This document shows, one piece after another, positions 18,404 to 35,420 of a stretch of 64,000 nucleotides of DNA. The position numbers and the translations under genes are program-made. The notes below the pieces were generated by a model. That model was not told where the DNA came from. It saw only the letters and a program-made list of their open reading frames with translations, and did not search any database. The stretch's first letter is position 1, and every line of letters starts with the position of its first letter. This stretch comes from the human T2T-CHM13v2.0 reference genome, Homo sapiens. The stretch is taken from assembly GCF_009914755.1 (NCBI RefSeq), contig NC_060936.1. One strand, 5' to 3'.

Positions 18404-20416
18404 TAGTAGAGACAGAGTTTCACCATGTTAGACAGGATGGTCTTGATCTCCTGACCTCGTGATCGGCCCGCCTCGGCCTCCCAAAGTGCTAGGATTACAG
18501 GCGTGAGCCACCGCGCCCGACCTAGTATTTTCATCCTTTAAGTGTCTACTGTTTGTTAAAATTTCTCATTTGTTCATAGAAGATGTTTACCTTTTCACCA
18601 GGTCCTTTGTCATATTTGTTAATGTTATTTTAAAGCCCATTTATAATTGCAAAATCTGGACCTACTTGGGGCCAGCTTTTATTGATGATTTCCTCTCTTG
18701 ATAATAGATTATATTTTCTTGTTTCTTTAGATGCTTTGTAGTTTTAAATTTATGCTGGACATTGCATAAAATGGAAAATAGAGGTTAAAGTAATATTTGC
18801 TCCCAACAAAGGACCATCCTACAGGAAGCTGAGTAAGTATAATCTGAAGTTAAAGTGAGCCTGGGGTATTTTGTGTTTTTGGTTTTTTTTTTTTTTTTTG
18901 CAGTTTTAGTTAGATTCCGATCACCATGGGCTTCAGATGTTTTGACAGCGGGATCAAGATGTTCTCCTCAGCAAAGCTTAGGATATGACACCTGCAAGAG
19001 CACAGAGATCTCCTTATGCTTTTTATCTAGCCACCAGTTTTACAAACCATGGCGATCCCTGTCGTTGGTATTGGAGTGTTACTGCTCCTAGGCCCTCTTT
19101 GTGGACAGAGCTATGGAATGTATGTATGTGTTTGTGTCCATATGAATATACATTCATACATGTGTACATATATTTACATTTACCTATTTTTATATCTATC
19201 TCTCTATACTGGAAAACATAGCTTTAATAGTTCTAATTCCAATTAAACAGCCCAGGGTTTATTCCAGTTTTCTTCCTCTCCCCTTTCCTAACTCTCTTCT
19301 CCAAGAATGATGGTTTTTATTATTATCCTTTGTATTTTTTTATTTGATCAATCCCTGTCTACATAACCAATAGTTGTTACTACCCCCACTTCTGCATAGA
19401 TGGTCTTGCCACTCTACCTGGGCTCTGACACACCATCCTGGGCTGCCTCCCTGCTGGGATGCCTTGCTCGCCCCATTTCCTCTCTAACTTCTCACCCCGG
19501 GCTGCTTAGGTGTGGCCCTGCTCTCCCTGCTCGGGCTCCAGTACCTGACTCCAGGCTACCCTTCTATGGGAACATCTTTATCACTCTGCTTAGACTCCAG
19601 CATCTTGTGCCAGGCTGTCCCATAGCATGGGTATCCTCCTCTCCTGCATGGGCCCCAACATCCCATGCCAGTCCACCCTCACACATATGCCCCCATCACC
19701 CTGCATTCACTCAAACACTTCACACCATGCTGCCCTTATGTGGGACACCTTCCTCATATTCTGGGGCTCCAGCAGCCTGTGCTGGTCCAATCCCCCCTGT
19801 GCATGCCCTCCTTGCCATGCTTGGGCTCCAACTCCTGTGGCTGGCCCATCCCTCCCTTCTTCCTTCTCCCATCCCTCTGTGGATGCTTTCCCAATCTTTC
19901 AGGCTTAGACTTGCCATTCTGGGCCGCCATGATTCAGGGACATCCTTCTAATTCTGCATGGGCTTCAATACTCAATATTAGGGCTCTTCTCCTGTGGGGA
20001 TACCCTCTTCACCCAGTCTGAATTTCGAAACCAATCCCATGCCTGGTTGTATATATGAGACAATATTATAGTGTTAGAGATGAAAGGCAATAATTATATC
20101 ATTAGATTAGATCCAGTTGAGATGGGTTGAGAGCAGTTATTCACAAAATAATTAATTAACTCCTCTGGAGTGCCTACTATGTGCCAGGACCTGTGCTGAC
20201 CATTGAGGTGACCATTACCTCTTGGCTGCTACATGCTAATTTGTTAGGATTAGTTGCAAGTCTGGCTTAACCATCCTATCCCTCCTCTAGCCATGACACT
20301 AAGATTTAAGGGAAGTCACCCAGTTCCATATTTCTAGTATAATTATCATCCCTGGCCGGGCGCAGTGGCTCACGCCTGTAATCCCAGCACTTTGGGAGGC
20401 CAAGGCAGGCAGGTCA

Positions 20417-20728
<312 letters not shown>

Positions 20729-21882
20729 TTAACAATTTTCTCATAGAGACTGTTAGGATTAATCCCATCCTGCCTTATATCCTTTTTTACTTCAGTTACT
20801 ACCTGAAGTCCAAGCAACCTAGAGAACAGTGTATAATATGCTATCATGGTGCTAAAACGAGTATATTTGGCCAGGCACAGTAGCTCATGCCTATAATCCT
20901 AGCTCTTTGGGAGGCCAAGATGGGTGGATCGCTTGATTCTAGGAGTTTGGGACCAGGCTGGGCAACATGGCAAAACCATAGCTCTACAAAAAATACAAAA
21001 TTTCTCCGGGTACATGGCTCACACCTGTGATCCCAGCACATTGGGAAGGTGAGGCGGGTGGATCACCTGAGGTCCGGGGTTCGAGATCAGCTTGGCCAAC
21101 ATGGTGAAACCCCGTCTCTACTAAAGATACAAAAAATTAGCCGGGCATAGTGGCGGATGCCTGTAATCCCAGCTACTCGGGAGGCTGAGGTAGGGGAAAC
21201 GCTTGAACCTAGGAAGCGGAGGTTATGGTGAGCCTAGATCATGCCATTGCACTCCAGCCTGGGCAACAAGAGGGAAACTCCGTCTCAAAAACAAACAAAC
21301 AGAGAAGGAAACAAACAAACAAAAATTAGCCAGGCATGGTGGCATGAGCCTGTGGTTGCAGCTACTCCAGAGGCTGAAGGGGAGGATCACTGGAGCCTGG
21401 GAAGTCAAGGCTGCAGTGAGCCATGATCGCACCACTGCATTCCACCCTGTCTCAAAAAAGAAAAAAAAAGGAGTATATTCAAAATATTTGTTTGAATATT
21501 CATGAAATATCTCTCAAGAATTACACAAGAACTATGTAACAGGTAACATTGATACCTCCAGGAAGGGAAACCAGGTGTTCAGTGGGCTAAGGAAGGGAAA
21601 TTGTTGACTTTATATATCCTTATGTAACTTTGAGTTTTGAACAGTGTGAATACATTTACCTATCAAATATATATATATACATATATATAAAATATAAAAG
21701 TACTTCATTGACTGAATATGCTCAGTTAACTAGGCACCATGCTAGCGGACTTGGAGTATATAAACAGGTGGTTAATCACAGTCTCTACCCTTAAGAGGAT
21801 GACCACCTGATGAGAGTGAAAGTTAAGTATGAAAATTACTACAAAGTAATTGATGCAATGATAATTGCTATATCAGAGATGA

Positions 21883-22185
<303 letters not shown>

Positions 22186-23196
22186 TGAGCCACCATGCCC
22201 GGCCTACAAATGGCTTATTATTTAGGTATAATGTATGTATTATATAATTATATAATATGACTCATTTCCTAATGGTTTGGGGCATTTCAATTTTTACTGA
22301 TTTTTTTTTCAGGACATAAGGCTGACATTGGTTTTTTTGCAGGCTCCTCCTCCCCATCCCTTTGCCTCCCATCCTACCCTTTGCCATTTCTTTCTTTCTT
22401 TTTTTTTTTTTTTTGTTTTTTTTTGAGATGGAGTCTCACTCTGTTGCCCAGGCTGGAGTGCAGTGGCATGATCTTGGCTCACTGCAACCTCTGCTTCCCG
22501 GGTTCAAGCAATTGTCCTTGCCTCAGCCTCCTGAGTAGCTGGGATTACAGGTGTGCACCACCACACCCAACTACTTTTTTTATACTTTTGGTAGAGATAG
22601 GGTTTCACCATGTTGGCCAGGCTGGTCTCAAACTCCTGACCTCAAGTGATCCGCCTGCCTCAGCCTCCCAAAGTGCTGGGATTATAGGCATGAGTCATTG
22701 CGCCCGGACCCCTTTGCCATTTCGGATCTGGGAATTATTCAGTTGCTGTGTTTTTGTTTTTGTTTTAATTCAAACAAACAAAAAAAAGGTTAACAGCTTA
22801 CTGATGTATTATTTACGTAGCATAGAATTTACCCATTTTAATTGTACAGTTTGAAGAGTGTTAACACATTTATGCAGCCGTCACCATAATCCAGTTTTAG
22901 AACATTTTCATCACACCAAAAAGTTTCTTCATGCTCATTTGCTTTCTGTCCTTATTGTTTTGCCTTTTCTTGATTTTTTTCTTTTTCCGTTTCTTTTTTT
23001 TAGAGATGGAGTCTTGCTGTGTTGACCATGCTGAAGTGCAGTGGCTGTTCACAGGCACGATCATAGTGTACAACAGCCTCCAATTCCTGGGCTCAAGTGA
23101 TCTTCCTGCCTCAGCCTACTGAGTAGCTGGGACTACAGGTACAGGCTCTGCACCCAGGTCTCTTGTATTTTAGTTTTTATTTATTTATTCAATTAA

Positions 23197-23496
<300 letters not shown>

Positions 23497-23605
23497 TAAT
23501 TTTTTAATAGAGATGAGTCTTGCTATGCTGCCCAGGGTGGTGTCATCCTGGCCTCAAACAATCCTCCTATCTCAGTCTCTCAAAGTTCTGGGATTACAGG
23601 TGTGA

Positions 23606-24073
<468 letters not shown>

Positions 24074-25262
24074 TGAGCCATGACTCCTGGCCGTATTATT
24101 TTTTAAGGGGGAAAAAGAATCATGAATTCATACTGATATTCTCAACTCAGGTCTTCAGGTTGGTGGCATCTTCTTTTGCCACACCTTGTAAATCTGAGAC
24201 AAATTGGTTGGCATTGAAGCTGAGCCTGGAATTTGCCAACATGTTAAATGGTGTGTGATCCCCTCACTTTCCTCTGGAAGAGTTACTGAAGTTGATGCTA
24301 ACAATACTCATTTATCTTCTCCTCCAACTCTCTGCCATTTCACCTTGGAGTGGCTTGGCTCTATTTCCTTTTAATACCCTGATTTAGAAAAACACTAACG
24401 CATATGAGACCTATCATAAAATGAGGATCCATCCTGCAAGATAGATGCCAAAACAAATGCAGTGATGCCACATTAGGGTTTTCTAATTTAACTTTTATCA
24501 GATGCCAAAATGCACAAAGTACTGTACAAAGCACAGCATTAAGCAGAGTCTCTAGCTACAGGGGTTGCAATGGGAATGTGGAAGCCAGCAAAACCCAGGG
24601 AAATGTATGATACAATCCCAATGGTTGGGAGGAGGTTATTATGCAGAACAGCGACACTGAGCCACTCTACATCATGGAAGTGTAGATTTCTGATGAAGGC
24701 CCCTTCTTTTCATCTCTTGTTTTTCAAATTAGCTAGGAGATAGCAAATGGGGAATTCAGGAAATTTGTTTTAAGCCATTAGCTAGGTGGAGTACAACACA
24801 CCCTTGCTTGACCTGGGTAGCACACTGCTGCTTGTGGTGCAGGGTGATGTGCAGGAGACTTCAGAGGAATTGAGACAAGGCTAGGGAGATCCTGCTCGGT
24901 CCCAAGGGTGATGGCAGAACCCAAAAGTCCTTGATGATGTGACTGTACTCCACGTGGACTATATCACAGTAGGTGGGTAAGCTAAGCTCTCTGCTTTTTT
25001 TTTTTGGCGGGGGGGACAGAGTCTCACTCTGTCACCCAGGCTGAAGTGCAGTGGCGTGATCTCAGCTCACTGCAGCCTCCGTCTCCTGGGTTCAAGTGAT
25101 TCTCCTGAGTAGCTGGGATTACAGGCGCCCATCACGCCTGGCTAATTTTTGTATTTTTAGTAGAGACGGGTTCTCACCATGTTGGCCAAGCTGGTCTCAC
25201 CGTGTACCTTCGCTTACAGTAAAATATAGTTATTCTGATGATTAAATGAGTTAATTCATGTA

Positions 25263-25359
25263 TAGTTGCTCCATGACTTATGATGGGGTTGCATTCAGAG
25301 AAACTCATGGTACAGTAGAAAAATCCCACATCAAGCCATGTTAAGTCGGGGACCAGCTG
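25263..25359. mobile_element. MER47C-like (Tigger) MITE inside a MIR
   Basis: 97 bp, TA-flanked, TAGTTGCTCCATGACTTATGATGG...CCATGTTAAGTCGGGGACCAGCTG inverted ends. Confidence 0.7.
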
Positions 25360-25419
25360 TACTAATTGTAGACACTCAGTAAATGCTAACTCTGATGACG
25401 ATGGTGAGGATGATGATGA

Positions 25420-25608
<189 letters not shown>

Positions 25609-26012
25609 TGAACTTTTGTATTTTTTTTTGCAGAGATGGGGTTTCACCATGTTGCCCAGGCTGGTCTTGAACTCTAGAGCTCAAGTGATCTGCTCACCTT
25701 GGCCTCTCAAAGTGCTGGGATTACTGGCGTGAGCCACCGTGCCCTGTCAGTCCTGAGAAATTTATGAGAGTACCCTGGTACCTGCTCTTTGGATCACTCA
25801 ATGCTGAGGGTCAAAGTTTGTAATCAAAACCAAATTCCCTTATTCTACATCTTTTCACTTGCTCAGATCATCCTCCCACCTTCCTATACTGCCTCCATCA
25901 TTCAAAATAAAGTGAGTGGGCCGGGCGCGGTGGCTCACGCCTGTAATCCCAGCACTTTGGGAGGCCGAGGTGAGTGGATCACGAGATCAGGAGATCGAGA
26001 CCATCCTGGCTA

Positions 26013-26259
<247 letters not shown>

Positions 26260-26682
26260 TCAATCAACCAATATTTGCATCAGCAGCACGTTAGATGGCT
26301 AGTGATCTAACAGCTCTTGCCTTTAAGGAACTTTCAGTCTTACTTGGAGAGTTACAATTAAGAAGTGCACAATTAAAGAATAACTCAAAAAATTAAAGTG
26401 GAGTGATGATTATATGGCATAAGTAATTAAAGAAAACCAATAATGATTTGATACTTAAGATGTAATAATAAAATAAGAGCTAATATTTCATAGCCTGTGC
26501 TATGTGCTTTGTTTAGTGCTTTATATGCATGATTTGTTTAATTCAATCTGCACAAGAGTCCTCTAAGGTAGCTACTATTAGCATCTCCCTTTTCAGAAGA
26601 GGAAGCTAAAATCCAGACAAGTAGCTTGCTTGAGATCACACAGCTGGTAAATCGAGGAAGATGGAACACAGACAATACGTAG

Positions 26683-27386
<704 letters not shown>

Positions 27387-27466
27387 CATAATAAATGAGT
27401 TCAGGCCGGGCACGGTGGCTCACGCCTGTAATCCCAGCACTTTGGGAGGCCGAGGTGGGTGGATCA

Positions 27467-27718
<252 letters not shown>

Positions 27719-28286
27719 TCAGAGGTGGCAGATGTTAATGTCAGCTTAAGTTGAGGTAAGCCACAAATTCTCGTGTTTTTTTCAGAGTTCCCCATCAGGT
27801 GGAACAAAACTTGTCCTGTTACCTACCCTCAAAGACAAACCAGCAACCAGTTCACCACCCATCCACCCTTTCAGTGTCTTCTTGTTGATCTTCGGAGAAA
27901 GGCATGGCCTGGCAGGCTCTGCATGGTGCCACAGGCCTATCTAGCTCCTGTCTCTCCTGCATTTCCTTCCCTACTGGCTGCTTTCACTCTTTAAGCTCCT
28001 GCCCACCCCAGGGACTTTGCACATGCTATTTTTTCTACCTCCTCTGCTCTTCTGCCCTCTTTATTTAGGCAACTTCTACTCATCCTTCAGATCCCAGGTC
28101 AAGCATATCCTTCTTCAGGGAAGGTTTGCTTGACATCGCTGATGGGGTCAAATCCTCCTTTTAGAGGCTATCACCACACGCTGCATCTGTATTTTATAAC
28201 ACTTGTCACAGTATTATATTTGTCTGGTTCTTTGATTGATATCTATTACTCTCACTAGATTATAAGCCCCATAAGGAATGAGACTG

Positions 28287-28619
<333 letters not shown>

Positions 28620-29251
28620 TCATCATTGTGTTTTCAGCACCAAGCAAAGTACCTAACACATAATAGGCACTCAATGAACATTTGTGGAATAAACTGAGGA
28701 ATAAGTAAAGACAGAAGATCTAAAACATGAAGGGGGCTACAGATAGGAAAGGGCTGGGGAGGGAAGAGGAGATATTCAAGAGAGGGAAACGAAACCAATG
28801 AGGCTACTTGTAAGTGATCTTGCAGTGTAAATGAGCTGAACACAAACAAACCCCCAAAGCGGCAGTCCATAGACCCATAGAAATGGTGACAGTGCCTGCT
28901 GAGTTGGTTAGCCTACCCCACACTTCTATTCATTGCTAAAGGCATCTCCACATATAGATAACCGCTCACTAAATTTTGCTTTTGCTCAGGAAATGCCTTT
29001 GCAGAAATTCTCCTTTGCCACTTCTGAAATGTGTAGACAACTCCTCAACCAAGACCTGGAGGCTGGTACCAACATCCAGAATGTTCTGGGTCTCAAAAAA
29101 ATAAAAAAAGTTAAATAAATAAATAAGGAAAAAGAACCCTGGAAGTTCTGGGTCTCTAGCTTTCCCACTTCCCAGCCAGTCCTTGGTGAGGAAGTAGGTG
29201 CTGCACAGGGTTTATTCTTGCTTAAGGGAAACGAAGCACAATCTTGTGCTC

Positions 29252-29974
<723 letters not shown>

Positions 29975-30634
29975 CTCTCTGCTCTGTTTTTGTTTTTGTT
30001 TTGATACAGGGTCTTGTTCTGTTGCCCAGGCTGGAGTGCAGTGGTGTGCTCACAGCTCATTGCAGTCTCGACCGCCTGGGCTGAAGTGATCCTCCTGCCT
30101 CAGCCTCCTGAGTAGCTGAGACCATAGGCGTACACCACTACAGCCAGCTAGATCCATGCTCTCAGAAGGAAAAGTTACCATTGAAGCTCAGATAGGAAAA
30201 ATCATCTAGGATACAAATAGAGACCCAGTTTTATTTACCAAGTTTCTGTAGAATACAGCAAAGAAAACTAGGTGCAGTGGCAAAATAGACTCTGGAAATA
30301 GCAGACACTCTTGACATTGGAGTGTACAATTTTTGTAAGGTGCATTGCTACATATAGATACTTATGTTTGGGTTAACTAAGAAATACTCAAGGAGAAGTA
30401 GAAGGTAGTTTAGGTTGAAATTGTATTTAGCTGGATAAAGCAGGTAGGTAGAACAGTGATGACAAAACCATATGAAATCACTGAGGAGAGCTAGGACATT
30501 CTGGGATCTGTCTTCCAACTTTAAGGTTGCTGCTAGGCAGGGTAAACGTGGGTACCTAAAATCCATGCCCACTTCTTTGTACTCTGTCAGATACGGAGTA
30601 CAGAGCCCTGATATAAAAGTCTTACCAACAATAA

Positions 30635-30934
<300 letters not shown>

Positions 30935-31246
30935 TGAACTCCCGACCTCAGGTGATCTGCCCGCCTCGGCCTCCCGAAGTGCTGGGATTACCAGGCTCAC
31001 CCGGGGTGAGCCACTGTGCCCGGCCAGAATATTCTTAAAATTAGGCAGGTGTGGTGACGGGCGCCTGTATCCCAGCTACTCGGGAGGCTGAGACAGGAGA
31101 ATCACTTGAACCCAGGAGGTGGAGGTTGCAGTGAGCCGAGATCGTACCACTTCACTCCAGCCTGGGCAACAAGAGCGAGACTCCATCTCCAAAAAAAAAA
31201 AAAAAAAAGAATATTCTTAGTATGCTTTCCTTTCATATGTAGGTAC

Positions 31247-32093
31247 TGTGCTCGTTATCAATTTATGGCCCCTCAGCCCCAAATTTACCCTTCAGTACTT
31301 GTTCTGCGATAATGGACTGGACGCTAAGCATTTCTCCTCTGTGGTGAGATTGATGCTAAGTTGTCTCAGTAGAAGACAATGGAGGGAAATTGCAGGCTTC
31401 TCTTCTTAGTTCTGGTGTGTTGCATTTTTTCTTTTTGTTACTCTTCCTGCATGGTGATCAGTGGTTCGGGTCTGTGAGGGTATTTAATGGTGCACTGACC
31501 CCACTTCATGTCCAAAATGTGCAGTCTTTCGGTGACCATGCACCACCAACCCGGGCCCAAAGACCACCGTCCTCTGGCGCTCTGATGAGGATGCTGCAAG
31601 CTCCAGGCCTTGCCTTTGCATTGGTGCCCTGACTCCTCCTGCACACCTTCCCCCAAGCCTCAGCTCACCTGCCCTCCAGGCTCAGCTCACCTGCCCCTCA
31701 GGCTCAGCTCACCTGCTCCCCAGGTTCAGCTCACCTGCCCCTGGAGGGTTGTTTCCTGATTACCCCGTGACTGTGGACCACCTCTGGCCTGGGCAACTTC
31801 TCTGCCATCCAGTGGGCTGCAACCACACCTTCTCCAAAGAGATTTGAACCTCAGTCTTAGGAGGGAGCCTTCCCCCTAAGTATGTCTTTCCTTGGATACT
31901 CTCCCTCAGCCATGAAGTTCCCTTTAGCATTCTCTTCATATCTTATAGTTATGCTCCTATCCTAGCTTCATCATTATTTGAATTAGATGTCCCCCATTTA
32001 ATTCAAATTAAATGTGGTTTAAATTAAATGTGGTTTAATTAATTTAAATAATTAAATGTGGTTTCTGCTTCCTGATTGTACCCAGACTGACAC
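31247..32093 (+). mobile_element. Old ERVL LTR (MER54/MER73/MER74 group)
   Basis: 5' TGTGCTCGTTATCAATTTATGGCCCCTCAGCCCCAAATTTACCCTTC and 3' TGTGGTTTCTGCTTCCTGATTGTACCCAGACTGACACA resemble these consensus ends. Confidence 0.55.
31659..31744. repeat. 22-bp minisatellite, ~4 copies
   Basis: CTCAGCTCACCTGCCCTCCAGG-like units at 31659, 31681, 31703 and 31725. Confidence 0.9.
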
Positions 32094-32656
32094 AGGTATA
32101 TTCTCTCTTTGACAGAAAGCACAAATGTAGGGACTTCTCAAAGAAGAAATGCAAAGACTTTCCTCAAAGAACTAGAGAGTTTATTTGAATAAGTCTCTTG
32201 ACATCTGGTTTGATCTCCCCAGTTGAAATTCCTGCCATCCATGAATTGCAAATATCCAGTAATGGCCTTGAAGGGATCTAGATGTGTGGCTCCCATTCTG
32301 CACCAGTTACTGGATGGTTGTCTCAGCTCTATTTCCTTCACCAGCTGATCTAAACTTTCAAAGGTTATTCACGTATATATGTAGCAATTTGAAGACAAAC
32401 TTTGTGTGGCTGTAAGAGCCTTCTCTCTGGCCAGTAAGACAAGCCACACTTCTCCTCTCTGAAAAAGATCATCCCTGTGTTTGTGTTATAGGAAATGTTG
32501 AACAAAGTGTTGAATACAGGAGAATGGTTTCTGTCAGGAACAACTGTGTTCCCAGTATCATAGGATAGTTGTGAAAAGTAAATGAGATTCTCTAGATAAA
32601 ATGCTCAGCCTAGTCCTGACACTTTGTATGTGCTCAGGTATTATGAGTTCTTCTAT

Positions 32657-32704
32657 CATTCATTCATTCATTCATTCATTCACCCATTCATTCATTCATT
32701 CATT
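32657..32704. repeat. (CATT)n tetranucleotide repeat at an L2 end
   Basis: CATTCATTCATT... followed by L2-like sequence. Confidence 0.85.
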
Positions 32705-33165
32705 TCATACTTAGCAGCTACCATATACAGGTGCTATTATCAGCATGGGGATATGAGGATGAACAAGACGCATTTTCTGCCCTCACGGAGAGGCCAGTTG
32801 AGTCTCCTATTTAGTACAAGCCGAAGTGTAAGAATCAGTCCCCCTCTTCATTTTTTAATATATAGAAGGATATGGGCTTTCAAGTAAGAGAAATATAATT
32901 AATAACTTAATTATACAATGTAAAGCATTGAAATAAGCTCACATATCTAGAGGGACATGTTTTCTGTTGTAGTTTGGCGTGAGTTTTGACAAGCCCTGAT
33001 TATTACTAGACCAGATTCTCTTTCTATAATTAGCTAGAAATATATTTAGTCACATGTGATATATAGAGATATATATATTATAGATATATATATTAGGTAG
33101 AGAATGTTACCATACAGTAGGCTACTGATAAACATTATAAACAGTACTTAATTTAATCTTTATAA

Positions 33166-34136
<971 letters not shown>

Positions 34137-34854
34137 CCCCAGAGTGACTTTTCCAAGAGACTTGCACGGAATTCGCAAGGCTTTTTATGACCTAGCCCTG
34201 GAATTTATTCAGCATCCCTTCTGCTGTATTCCACGGTGAGTCACAGGGTCAACTGAGATTCAATATCCGAGAGAACTACGTAAGTCCATGGTTATGGGAG
34301 GCATCATTCAGTGGGTGCTGTCTTTGGAGTGTAACTACCATTGAGGGGAGATAGCAGCCTGGCAAGGGAAACCTTCTCAGAGGAGGAGATGTTTACAGGG
34401 GAACTCTCGGACGAGGAGGAGGAGTTAGCCAAGTGAAGAATGGGGGAGGAAAGGAAGGGTCTTCCAGGTGGAAGGAGCCTCGTGTACAAAGACCCAGATA
34501 GAAGGGGTGAGGGCAGGATAAGCAGGTTGTATTCAGGTTCTATATCATTTACTTGTTGAGTGACTTTGGATAGTTATTTAACCTTTCCACTTCTGTTTTC
34601 TCATCTGCGAAATGGAGATAATTATAGTTAATATCTAGTAGAGTTGTAAATATTAAATAAGTTAATGCAGAAAGTATTTTATTAATCTATTTTTATTTGT
34701 CTTTCTTTTTCAAACACCAACTTGAACCAGAAGGAAGAGTTTTTTAGAACAAACCTGATACATAGGAAACAATAGATGATGGTCATTGTTGCTATTATTA
34801 GTATTATACAGGGAGCCGTGGGTATGTAAATATACAGCTGGAACATAGAATTTA

Positions 34855-35187
<333 letters not shown>

Positions 35188-35273
35188 TCATTCTGGAATG
35201 GTAAACAGGGGCCAGATCACGAATGACTTTGTAAGCCATACATGGTTTTCTGAACTTGTCCTAGAGTAAGTGA

Positions 35274-35420
<147 letters not shown>

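Noticed and set aside
32101-32450. Possible lncRNA exon after the acceptor-like TTCTCTCTTTGACAG
   Set aside because: A single splice-like motif with no supporting ORF, homology or partner exon.
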